Source of the DNA: the human T2T-CHM13v2.0 reference genome, Homo sapiens
DNA length: 64,000 nt
Reading direction: 5' to 3' (one strand)
Assembly (NCBI RefSeq): GCF_009914755.1
Contig: NC_060939.1
Shown: piece by piece, positions 31,971 to 46,099 of the stretch
How the letters are laid out: every line of letters begins with the position of its first letter
Position numbering within the stretch: the first letter of the stretch is position 1
Made by a program: the position numbers and the translations under genes
The notes under the pieces: generated by a model
Seen by the model: the letters and a program-made list of their open reading frames with translations, nothing else
Databases searched by the model: none
What the model was told of the DNA's origin: nothing

Positions 31971-33213
31971 CAAAGTCACAGAGATTTAAAATGCAATGAG
32001 GAGACAAAGGGGGCTCCCTTAAATGAAGCTGACTAGCATACAGGCATGTGAGCCAAGGAAAACAGTTTTCCCAGGAAAGAGCAGAAAGGTTGTAGAAGAA
32101 GGTCTGTTTAGAAGTCAGAAAGATCCAGCCAGAGAGGCGGCCTATAAGCAGAGAAGCCCAAAGAAGCGGACAAGCTCTACAATCAGCTAGCAGAAGGCAT
32201 TGAACCAGTTTCCCTTTGTGGAGCTCCCTCTAAAAGCCAAGAGGCTCATGGCCAAGGAGGCAGATGAGGACAGTCGGGGACATCCCTGGGACTGGAAGAA
32301 AGTTCTTAGGCTACTACAGCAAGCTCCTGGGGAGCCAGGTGGACAGCCTCTTCTGAGCTGCCATATTGCAGCTGGCCTGGCCCCTGTGCTGTTCAAGTAA
32401 TTGGGGCTTCAGAAATGGGAATGGGATCGATTCCTATCCTCTTGGCTCTCACTATGTGAGTGCATTTTGGTAAAGGGATTTCAGTCCTCTTTGAAGAGCG
32501 CATCAATTTCTGTTTATAACTCACACAAACTGAGCTGCCTTCTGCCAGAGGACAGGGTGGGCATATTGTAGTTTTGTCTTTCTCTGGGGCCCAGTGGAAT
32601 AGAATTTTTAGCTACTTAAATGATTTTTCTGGTTTTATTTTGTCCCTCTGGCATATGTTTTGGGTTAATCAGCTTCTTTTAAAAGAAGCACAAAAGGAGA
32701 TGAAAAAAAGGATGGCGTATTCCTTTCTATAACCCTTGTCGCCAAGGGCCTCAAGATATTTTATACACATGAATTGTTTTATTTCCACTTTATTCCTTAG
32801 CAGTAGCAGAAGAATAAGTGTTATTTTTGCTTATTTTCATAACTCGTGTTAAGGTACCACATCTAGAATTTCCCTTTTTTTACATTTGAGGATATGGTAG
32901 GAAAAGAACAAACACTCCTGTTCCATAGTCAGGAAGGACAGAATACCCATAAAGGTCCTGAATTAAAAATATTTCAGTTTGCTTCCATATTCTTTTATTT
33001 GGAATTGTTCCCATGCTATCAGAATGAAGGTTAAACAAGGCTTCTTTACCATACCAGAAACCAAGTTTTGTGTATATTTTTACTGACACAAAAAAACTAC
33101 ATTTAATTGAATTGCTTCAGTTTCTTGATAAATTTTAGTGAAAAGCAAAGGGCATTTTTTCTCTTGCTCTCAACAGTGTCTTCAATGTAGTTTCTGTGTA
33201 ACACAAGAGCTGA

Positions 33214-33525
<312 letters not shown>

Positions 33526-36149
33526 AAAAATCTGGGATGTTCTTAGAGGGAGGGCAAGTCAGAATTTTCAAAGAAGTCTAAACAAATTTCTTATGTTTTA
33601 TTTGTTGTGGAATGGAATGAAATGAGGAGATGGAGGGGAGGGGAAAATAGGAGGGTAACCGCTTAGAAAGCATTCCTCTTCAGCCTTTGTGAAGGTCCCT
33701 CTGCCCAGAGCTAGTGGAAATAGGTGAAAGCAAGAAATACATAGAGATGGGGCCACAGGGACTAATTTTGCCATAAGGCTGCTCTCCGTGAAGGCCAGAA
33801 GTGAAAACAGAGGCTTCCGATGAAGACACGGAAGAGACTTGTGCATGTCTGAAGAAAACTAATCTGGTAAACACAGCAAGGTAGCAATGATCGTGGCCAA
33901 GGGCATTGGGCGTAGGGCTTAAAGTTCTCATCGCAGACAGTGAGGGTTGCCCAGAGCAAAGCACAGTCCATCCTTGGGGGCCAAGGCAATCAACAGTTCT
34001 CAGTTAGGAAAGCAACTCAGAAACAGAGGCAAAAGCCAAGGGCAAATCTCTTTACAGGGACTGAGTAGGCATGGTGATAGGTCAGTATTCAGTCCCCAGC
34101 CTACCCCAAGGGTTTAGCCAGACAATATAGAAGCCTTGTTATAGGTCAAAAAGACTAGTCTGAATCCCACATTATGGTGAAGACAGAGGTCCCAATAACC
34201 ATCTGCTCTGATTGGGCTTGGTACACCAAATAGATTAATGCTTCTACCTCGAGAACTTCAGTACCTGCAACTGAGCGAGACAGATGGCAAAGGCCTCTCA
34301 GGCTGATAGGTTGCAGGGATTGTGTAGAAAGGTGACATCCAGGCTACTGCTTCTCTCCCTTCAATGTCTGAAACTGGGGAAAGGGAACAGATTTAACTCT
34401 TGAGGAATCTTCCCAGGAACTCATTGCATAAGTGCCTTCTCAGGGCATTAGGCTTACCACTCATGGAGGGATGGCTGGCCAGAGATGGAGAGTGGAAAAA
34501 CGCAAGACCACTCACTTTCAAATACGCGAATTGAGAGTTTTGTTATATTGTTCTTCATCACTCGTCCATCAAATGTTTTAAAATGTCGTGTTTGGAAAAC
34601 TTTTAGAACCACACTGATTAGAGTTTGAGATATCACACATCACTTTCTAATGGGTCCATCTGCAAGTTGCTTAACCTCCTTTAACTTTAGAAGAAATTGA
34701 ACCTCATCTCTATATTTGGATAACATCCTCCTTTAGGACTTCTTATACTGATTATAGAGGAGTGTAAAATCTCAGCATGGTGACCGACACATATCTGGCA
34801 TTCAAATAAATAATAGACGTTAAAATCATTACTTACTAGAAGGGCATTAGATACAAAACAAAGCCACATATTAGATTGTATGTTTTTGGGTTGATTTACA
34901 GGCGCTCTTTCATTGTAACTGAAATATTTTGGAAAGAACATTATAATACATGCTACTGAGGTGAGATGGCCAAAAACGTCCTTCAGCATAAAGGGTCCCA
35001 CTGTGGGCAGTCTCATGAGCAGTTGGTTATTGATACATTCTATTGAGTTTAATGTGAAATTTTTCTCCCCAAAGTGGCCATTGGAGGGGTCCAAGACTGA
35101 TCTGTAAGTAAAGGCTGCTTTTCTAAGGCCATGTTGAAACTTTGGCCCATGATGACCCAATTTAAGTGAAAGTCTGAGTCTCTCGCTTTGGGAAAGGAAA
35201 CAGAGCATAAAATCCCTTTCAGGTGGTTTTAGGAATAAATTCTGCATGTGCCTAATGTGGTTAACCTCAGCTAGGACTGGATGTTGCTGATGACTCAGAT
35301 GAAGCACTTACTAAGGAGAGAGTATGGCTATCAATAAAAAGACTAGGAAATGTGGTCTTGCAAATTGGCCTCTTGGAAGGTAGCTGAACGTGTCACCAAT
35401 ATCATTTCCCTCAAAGAGATGTTAACTCCATTTAGGAACTTGGGCTGAATGCCATCTGCACAATATTGTGCACAAGCTGGAACCTCCAGGGCTTTAGTTA
35501 GCCTCAGTTGGTTTAATTGGACACATTGCTGTTTTGGGTTTCCATCATATTCTCAAATATATCTCCTCTAGGCTTCAGCCTTGCCTTCATTTTCCTGTGA
35601 CAATGGTATAAATAATGCAAATGTCTTGATACTGGGAAGCAGGAATGAGACCCAGATGTCAGAATGGAAAGCACAGCAGTTTACATTGGCAAAGCAGAGC
35701 GGTAAACACAATCAGGAATAGGTGAGCCCTGGGGAAAAGGGGAACGGCTAAGGGAGAGGTGTTTGAGAGGGAGAGGGTAACCTCTTGAACAAGGGGGACC
35801 TATTAACTTGCAGAGGAACTAGAATGGGACCAAGGAGGAAGGAGATGAGGAAGGCATGTGAGAAGCATGGCAATCTGGTCCTCATCAGCTTCTTTGCGGA
35901 GCAAGAAATCATGGAACTCATGTTTGCATGAACTAAATTAACCTTGCAATTTAGCTCAGACAAGAATGCATTGGAAAAGGTCCTAGGAAGATGCATAATC
36001 CAATCCATACCATATACCTTCCTGATGAAGAAACTGAGGCACAGAGAGGGGAATTGGTTTAGTCAAAGGCCCAAAGTTCAAAACTAAACACTCCAGCTCA
36101 AAGGAAACTAGATGAAACTACACAAAGTCTTCAATTCTGCATTTCTTCC

Positions 36150-36850
36150 TATGTTCCTTGCCTTTGCGGAAAGGCACAATCATTGCCTGTTTACTTAATC
36201 TGGAAATCAAGGAGTTATTCCTAACCTCTTCCTTTCTTAGCCTCTAAATCCATTGTCTCTAACTCCTGTAGATTTTACTTCTTTACTCTCACAAAACTTC
36301 TTTTCTTTGTATACTTATATCTGGTGCCTTAAGCTAGGCCCTTCTCATCTCACTTGCCTAGTCTCAGTCCCTCCCATCTTAACACTTCTGTTCTTCGTTC
36401 TAATGATCTGATCATCTTGCTCCTTCTTGCTTAGTTTAAAGGCTCCTTCACCACCTTCAAGAAAATGTCTCAACATTCTAGAATGATGTACAAGTGCATT
36501 AACGATCTGACCACTGCCCACTTCTATAGATACCTAATTTATTCTCCTTTCACTCTACCCTCTTATTCCAAATTATTGTTAATACCTCAAATCTACAGAT
36601 CCTTCTTGCTGTTTTGTCATTTGCTTGGATAGCTCTCACTCAGTAAGGTTCATCTTATGTATAACCTCCCTTGAGAATCCCAGAAGCACCACATAGCACA
36701 CTTCCAAGGTGCTGCTCCCTTGGAGTGCAATGTGAATGCTGCCCCCTGGAAGTGTGCAACTGTTCTTATTGGGTTCCCAGAGAACGCTGCTTATCTCTAC
36801 TTCAGCTCTTCTCTCATGGTAATACAATGACCTCTTGGCTTGTGGTATAA
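36150..36850 (+). mobile_element. L2 fragment
   Basis: Pyrimidine-rich L2 3' region pattern (tctggaaatcaaggagttattcctaacctcttcc...). Confidence 0.55.
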
Positions 36851-37235
36851 TATCAACAAATCAGCTTCTGGATGGGGTAATATAGAAATGAAAAGTGTTT
36901 TAAAACATTGTCTCTGGGTTAGGGCAAACTGGGGCTCCAATATTTATTCACACAATAACAATACAAACTTGGGCAAGTTACTTATTTTATCTGGAATTTA
37001 GTGTTCTCGGCCACAAAATGAGCATAATAATAGCACCTACTTCACCATGGGATAATCTAGATTAAATTTTTAGCATGCTATCTAGAGTCTTCAATAAATT
37101 AACTATTGTTGCTATTATTATTGTTACGGAGAGCAGTGCTGTGTTATATTAAAATTTTAACTTCTCCTATTACGTAGCAGTTACCCAGTAAATATTTGTT
37201 GAATCAATTGATAAACAACAAGATAGGGCTATTGA

Positions 37236-37524
<289 letters not shown>

Positions 37525-38134
37525 CTATTGATTAACCTGTAAATATTGTATTGGGAACAGTTTCTGCTTACCTGTTAAAGAATTGTACTGAAAAGAAGTA
37601 TAAGTATTAAATCTTATGGTAGAAAAGAAAAAGCTTCCTTAACTTAAATAATTGGATAATTGCCTTGTAATTGCACCCTGCAATTTGAAGAAACACATGT
37701 TTCTTAGAATTAACAGGCATTTGTTTTCAGGGATATCGTTTGAGAAACAAGCAGAACAATGTCTCCTTCTCCTTCACTCTGAATCTTCTGTGGCTACTAG
37801 AACTCACCATGTTTATTCCTGCAGGTGAATGGCTCTATAATTTGTCGTTTACTTCCTTTTTCAGAGTCTGTAAGGATCAGGGAAGGAAGAAAAGCTATTT
37901 TCTCCAGTTGAATTTAGTATTTAAGGAGTGCCTATCACCAAGGAGGCATAGCTTCTGGCTTTATTGAGAAATCTGTTGCTAAGACACAGTTTTAATTTGT
38001 TTGCACACTTTTCATAAGAATGGTGAGTGTTTATTCACAGAGAGAAACTAAGATGTAAGAGGTAAAAGTTGGTGGAAAATTAGTGATAGTAGAGGATTAA
38101 ACCTCAAACAATTATTTTATTTGTTCCTTTAGAC

Positions 38135-38570
38135 TAGAGGCTTTGAAAGTAAGGTCCTGGGGCTGGGGCATGAGCATCACCCGGAAACTTGCCAGAAATG
38201 CAAATTCTTGGGCTCAACCCAGACCTACTTGAATCACAGAATTGCCAGGGTGTGGCTCAGCAGTCTGCTTTAACAAGACCTCCAGGTTATTCTGATGCTT
38301 ATTAATATTTGAGACCCATCCTGGGCAACAGAGGGATATCCTGTCTCTACAAAAGTATTTTAAAAATTAGCCACGTATGGTGTCGCTTGCCTGTAGTCCT
38401 AGCTACTTTGGAGGCTGAGGCAGGAAGATAACCTGAGCCCAGGATCTCGAAGGTTGCAGTGAGCCATGATTGCACCACTGCATTCTCAGCCTGGGTGAAA
38501 GAGTGAGACTATGTCTCAAAAAAAAAAAAAAAAAAAGAGAGAGAGAGAGAGAGAGACCCACTGCTCTAAA
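38135..38570 (+). mobile_element. MER5A remnant interrupted by a 5'-truncated AluJ-like element (about 38308-38535) with an A-tail and (GA)n
   Basis: MER5A body (gaaatgcaaattcttgggct...ttaacaagacctccagg) resumes as gagacccactgctct after the Alu tail. Confidence 0.75.
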
Positions 38571-38689
38571 GTCTAGAATAGGACATCATGCAAATCATGC
38601 AAGCCTCACGTATTAGTAGCAATAGTAACTGAGGAGACTAGCTTTCCCCTGCTGGAAAATTCTGTAATAACATCACCTGGAACAGATGC

Positions 38690-39670
<981 letters not shown>

Positions 39671-39679
39671 CATCAACCA

Positions 39680-40400
39680 TCGTATCTCGCTTTATCCCAG
39701 ATAATTCTTCTTGTTCTGATGTCTACTGTATCTGATAATTAATATAGCTACTCTAGCATTCTTTTGTTTTGTATTTGCATACTATATTTTACATCCTTTT
39801 ACTTTCAACCTATCTGTGTCTTTTTATTTAAAATGAACTTCGTTTAGGCAGAATATATTTGATCTTTCTTATTTATCCAAACTGATACTCTTTACCTTTT
39901 AATTAGTGTGTTTTGACCATTTACAATAAGTAAGATTATTGATATGTTTGGGTTGAAATCTACCATTTTGCTGTTTTCTATTTTTTCATGTGTTCTTAGA
40001 GCTTCCTATCTTTTCTGCTTTCTCTTTTATTCATTGAGCATTTTTATGATCCCAATTTATCTCCACATTTGAATTATTATTCATGCCCCTTAAAAGTAAT
40101 TTAGTGTTTGCCCTATTGTTTACAATATCTATCTTTAATTAATTAGAGTCTACCTTGAGATAACATACTGCTTCATCTCTACTACAAGGACCTTATGACA
40201 GTATATAACCGTTTATTTTCTCACATTTTATAATACGATTGTGATACATTTACTTTTACATATGCTATAAACATGCAGTATATTGCTACTATTTTTCTTT
40301 AGACTGTCAGTTGTGTTTTAGAGAAATTAAAGTCAAGAAAAAAAGAAAAATATATTCTTTTACTGTCGTGTGTTTCATTTCCATTCTTTTAATGTTTTGA
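39680..40400 (-). mobile_element. Old L1M fragment
   Basis: atatagctactctagcattctttt...ttttactttcaacctatctgtgtct, an antisense endonuclease-region pattern. Confidence 0.65.
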
Positions 40401-41338
40401 TTCAAAGAGACTGTGACTTTTTCAGACCAAAATGATCTTTGGACCCCAAACTTCTACATCAGGAACTGGAGAAGTTAGAGGCTTTGCCTTAAAGTAGGCA
40501 ATATTGTTCAATGCCCTTTTCATGCATGGCCAAGAAAGATACAGGAAAAATAAGTACCTCACAAGGAAAGAGTAAATATCTGTAGAAAAAATAATACTGG
40601 ACAACTAATGACAGGGAGCAGAACCAGGGTCTAATCAACCAACTGGCCCTACCCAAAGGATACAGGCATCTCACAATGCCTGGATGAAAGCATTACAGAA
40701 TTGTTATGAACCAGCAACTGCTATATCCATCTTATTCATCTCCTTTGAAACATGAGTGTTACTGGGGATATTATTTCCTCATTCAACCATTGTAGGTAGA
40801 TGAACAGAAAACAGGTGGCTTGCCTTTTTCTTCATAGATAAGGAGAAGGCATACACAGGATATAGAAACTATAATGGAATTTTGGGCTGAGACTGATACT
40901 GTAATGGAATGGGCTCTTTAAGTGTATTTTCCTTGGAGAATAGGTGAGTGTATTTTGTATGTGGAAGGGAGGGAAACAAATATTTAGACTAGGAGGAGAG
41001 ATTATTCTAACACTTAGCTTTTGTTGTATAATAAACCACAGCAAAACTTAGTGGCTTAAACAAAAGCTATGCATTATGATTCCTCTGCTCTGACCCAGGT
41101 TGGCTAGGACTGGATGGTCTAAGTTAGATTCATTCACATACCTGGTGGTTGGCTTGATATCAGCTAGGTCAATCGGGATGACTTTGCAGAGAGTCTCATC
41201 ATCCAGCAGCCCAGCCTATGTTTACTCACGTGATGGTTGTTGCAAGGTTCCTGGGAACAGCAAGACAGCAAACCCCTTAATATGCCTCAGCTTGCATCAT
41301 ATTTGCTCAGTCTTATTGACCAAAAGATGCTACATAGC

Positions 41339-41695
41339 TGTATTAGTCTGTTCTTATGCTGCTAATAAAGACATACGTGAGACTAGGTAATTTGTAAAGG
41401 AAAGAGGTTTAATTGGCTCACAGTTCCACATGGCTGGGGAGGCCTCACGATCATGGTGGAGGGCAAATGAGGGGCAAAGTCACATCTTACATGGCAGCAG
41501 GCAAGAGAAGGAATACAGGGGAATTCCCCTTTATAAAACCATCAGGTCTCATGACACTTATTCGCTATCAGGAGAACAGCATGGCAAAGACCTACCCCCA
41601 TGATTTAATTGCCTCCACCTGGACCCACCCTTGACATGTGGAGATTATTACAATTCAAGGTGAGATTTGGGTGGGAACACAGCCAAACCATATCA
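41339..41695 (-). mobile_element. THE1 (C-like) solo LTR nested in an older MLT1 LTR
   Basis: tgtattagtctgttct...cagccaaaccatatca termini; 5-bp TSD atagc/atggc. Confidence 0.88.
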
Positions 41696-42302
41696 ATGGC
41701 TAAGTGCATATTCCAGAGGTGAAGAAATGTACTCTACCTATTGATGAAGATGAAACATAGTCTACTGCAAAGGGTCATGCATACAAGAATAGAAAAAAAG
41801 TTGTGGTCTTTTTTAGATTTTATTATTTTTCTCCATTATTAGCATCTCTCCTTATAATAAGATTTTGCATCACTGCCCTTGTCATATGATTTGCAGAACC
41901 TCCCTTTAGGAGGAATGTACTTACCTACACCACTGATAAAATTGGTTATGTGACTTTCTTTGACCAGTGGACTTTGAGCAGATATGATGTTTGCCACGCT
42001 TCAGTAGAAGCTTTAATGGCCATTACCTGATTCTACCTTTGACAGTTTTTCCCCTCTACCACAAGAGTAGCATGTTTCAAATTAGGGCTTCTTTAGCCTG
42101 GATCCTAGAATGAAGAAAACATGCAGAGCAGAGTCATAGCCGATCTCTAGTATGAATGAAAAATAATCCTTTGTTTGATAAGCCATTGTGTTTTGATGGT
42201 CATTCTTTTCCACATTGGAGCCTAGAGAAAAATTAGAGTGATTGATTAGCTTCTGTTTTTGTATATTTCACCAATTCCCTTTTGAAGGATCTTTCCTATT
42301 GA

Positions 42303-42535
42303 CTTTTATTTTAATTTTTTTTAACCTTCAAGTTCAGGGGTACAAGTACAGATTTGTTGCACAGGTAAACTTGTGTCATGGAGCTTTGTTGTACAGACTG
42401 TTTCCTCACCCCGGTATTAAGCCTAGTACCCATTAGTTATTTTTCCTTATCCTCTCCCTTCTCCCACTCTCCACACTCTGAAATGCCCCAGCGTGTGTGT
42501 TTTTCTCCTCTGTGTGTCCATGTGTTCTCATCAAA
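42303..42535 (-). mobile_element. Short 5'-truncated older L1PA 3' end
   Basis: aagttcaggggtacaagt...aggtaaacttgtgtcatgg...tgtgtccatgtgttctcatca. Confidence 0.75.
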
Positions 42536-42914
42536 TTGTTTAAAATACTCATAGATATCTTAAAATGCCCTTGTTCCTATTTTCTTTTCCAGCTTTGCCC
42601 ATTCCTCCTACCCAGTCACAAGTAAATTTATCAAAAGAGCTATACATGACTTGCGTTTCTTCGTATTCTATTCACTCCTAAGACCCTTAAAGTCTACATT
42701 CTCCTCTGATAACTCCATCGATACAATCAATGCCACTCTTGCCAAAGACACCAGTGATCCGCACATGGCTGGTCTGCTAACTCAACAGCATCCGAGAAAG
42801 TTGACATTGTAAACTTTCTTTGAGCCATGGAACATGAGTAGATACGATTTAAGTGGATTTAAGAAACCAATGACCTGACCTGGTTTTATTTTCTCCTTTG
42901 TTGGGCTATTGTAG

Positions 42915-43064
<150 letters not shown>

Positions 43065-45556
43065 TGACATCAGACATGCTGTGTTCATATTCTTCATTCT
43101 TACCTTTAAGACCATGCCCCACTCATTTATTTAGTTTTTTTTTTTTTTTGTAAATAAGCATTTTAATTATTCTAACCATAGGATTGTAATACAAGCAGGC
43201 TGGAAGCATGTGTAACCTCTCCTAATTTTTGTTGAATAATGACTTACTGACTTGTTGCTTTGCCCCTGTTTTCTATGTGGTTTGATATTGTATAAAAGGC
43301 ATGAGAACTAGAGACAGAAGACCTCATCTTAATACCTGGCTTTACAATTATTCGATTATTAACTGTGTGATTATGAGGTCATTAACATTACCTCTCTGAA
43401 CCACCCTTCTGCCATCTGTAAAATGAGGATAGTAAAAATACTGCCTCTGTTACATAGCTTATGGAAGGAACACAATGATACTGAATAGAAAAGGACTTCA
43501 AATAAATAGGAAGGGATGAATAAACATAAGCTATTAAACCATCTACATCTCTCTGCATGAGAATTCTATAAAAAGCAGATCAGTAATCCACTGACCCTAA
43601 TTCTATTTTACTTTAGTTTTAGTGGTTAGAGCTCAACTGTTCCTCCATGAAACCACATAGGAAATTAGGGAGGGGTAAAGAAGGGAGTACTTCTTCCCAT
43701 CAGGATAAAGGCAACAAGCTATTGCATAATGAGAATCAGGAAGAAGCAAAGTTGCCCAAACACTAAATGAAAACTGGTCTTTGTTTAAAATTTCTGTAGA
43801 AAAAGTAGAAAATTATGATGGTGTCTGCCTCTACTGTTATTCTGGGTATGCAATTTACTATGTGCAAAATAGCTTCATCCCCAGGGTTAATGATAGTATT
43901 AAGAGGTAAAAATCCACCAAGTCACCATTTCACCTGGAAATACATCCCCTCTTCTCTAGCCTTCTTCACTCAGTCCATCAAAAATAGACTGCCGCTGATC
44001 AATACAACCACCCCAAGGCTTTTATAGCAGAATCAACAGCTTATCCTCAATAACCTGTTTGCTGTAAGGCTCAACCAGAGTAATGGTGATAAACCATAAG
44101 AAGCTTAATAACTTAATCTTATTTAGGAAACTAGTTTAGTAAATTAAAGCATTCATCTGGGCAGCTCCTGTGGACCCAACCCATATAAAATGATCTCTTA
44201 TATGTGATACATCTTGAATCAAAAAAATCTACCATGGTCCAATCTTAAATATAGAGTCAGCATGTTTTTTACTTCTCTTTTTCCAAGGGAAGGTAATAAT
44301 ATTAATAGATAATTCCCTATACACAGGAAAAGGTATAAGACACAGAACCTTTAAAAAGTCTCCTGTACGAAGCTGACATGAAATGGGGCAGAGGTCAGAC
44401 ATTGTAGGGAATGATAGGATGGGTTCTTATCAACTGTATTTTAATTTTTGTGAATAATTCATACTGTTTAATTAATAAATTAAAAACACATTTTGAGGCC
44501 CAGATTAGTGTCAGTTAAGGTAAAAGGCATAACATTATAGAGACAGGTATGCCAGTTTCTGCCTATGAGAATAAGGACAGTGGTATTTAATAGCAATGCT
44601 GTTAAAAAGATTAATCCATCTAGACATTAATGCTCACCTATAAGGTTCTTTAACTGTGAGTGGGTCAGTTGTCTGAGCCTCACTTTTCTCCCTTGTGAAA
44701 TTAGGAAGTTAAATTTTCTACATAGTTTATTACATCAAGTTTGTTGGTGCCCTGGGATTCCTTAAAGGTGATTCATGGGCTACTATGACATATGTGGAGG
44801 TAGTGAAGTGAATATGGTTTGGTCACATCCCTGGCTTTCAACCCAAACAGCTTTGCTTTTTGGGGTCCCACATAGTATATAACTCCCTCTATCACTGACA
44901 CTCTAAATTAGGACATAATGATCTGTAAATAATTATCTTAACACTGGTGATCTGCCTAAAAAGACTTTTGTGTATACAAATGGATCTTGTCAGAATTGAA
45001 AGGACCCACTCATTTTACAGATGGGAAAATTGAGACTCAGGGGAGAATGTCTTGGTAAGATAGGTTAATGTTATCATCATGATATCTACCAGCAGTCAAG
45101 AGTCTGTTGATGCTTAGAGGCTGATTCCTTCATTACCATCAAAAGTGGAACAATTCTAAACATGTTAAACTTATCTAAGACTTTATTTGGTCATTTACCA
45201 TTAGTATTGAAGAGACGATTATACACCCTGTTATATTTCACATCCACTCTGCAACATTTATTCAGTTTTATTAATCAACTTTAATGGTACTACTTCTAGT
45301 TATGTTGGTATAAAGAGGTCAGTGAATCCTCTCTGCAAAACGCAGTATAAAATAGAAGAAAATTTTGAAAAGCAGCCCTTTTAGGACTCTGTAAATTGAC
45401 CAAATACAGATGATAAATTGAGAAGCATTTATTCTTGAAAATTGCTGGAACTTCATGTAAGAACAGCAGGGGTCTGTAACCTTCTTGACTGGGGCTGCTC
45501 CTGACACCACTCTATGTGGTCATCAAGAAATGCAGTTTTACCAACAGAAGGATAGC

Positions 45557-45572
45557 CACACACACACACATG

Positions 45573-45604
<32 letters not shown>
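45557..45604. repeat. (CA)n microsatellite
   Basis: Visible interrupted CA run. Confidence 0.95.
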
Positions 45605-45681
45605 GCCAGAAATTTACAAGGGAGACCTTAGAAATGAGAGAGCCACAGAAAAGCTAAGATAGGCTCTCTATAAATACATGG

Positions 45682-46090
45682 TGTATTAAGCCATTCTTGC
45701 ATTGCTGAGACTGGATAAATTATAAAGAAAAGAGGTTTAATTGGCTCATGGTTATGCAGGCTGTTCGGGAAGCATAATGTTGGCATCTGCTTCTGGGGAG
45801 GCCTCAGAAAGCTTCCAATCGTGGTAGAAGGTGAAGGGGGAGCAGGCACTTCACATGGTGAGAACAGAGCCAGGAAAAGAGTCAGGGGGAGGTGTCACAC
45901 ACTTTTAAACTACTAGATCTCACGAGAATTCACTCATTATTGCAACGACAGCACCAAGAAGATGATGCAAAACCATTCATGGGAAATCCACTCCTGTAAT
46001 CCAGTCACCTCCTACCAGGCCCCACCTCTAACACTGGGAGTTACATTTCATCATGAGATTTTGGTGGGGACATGTATCTAAACTATATCG
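45682..46090 (-). mobile_element. MSTA-type MaLR solo LTR
   Basis: tgtattaagccattcttgcattgct...aaactatatc; 5-bp TSD catgg/tatgg. Confidence 0.85.
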
Positions 46091-46099
46091 TATGGATTA

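Noticed and set aside
34687-35307. 206-aa minus-strand ORF, the longest non-L1 ORF
   Set aside because: Non-ATG start, no recognisable domain, composition typical of random intronic sequence, and no supporting exon or promoter structure.
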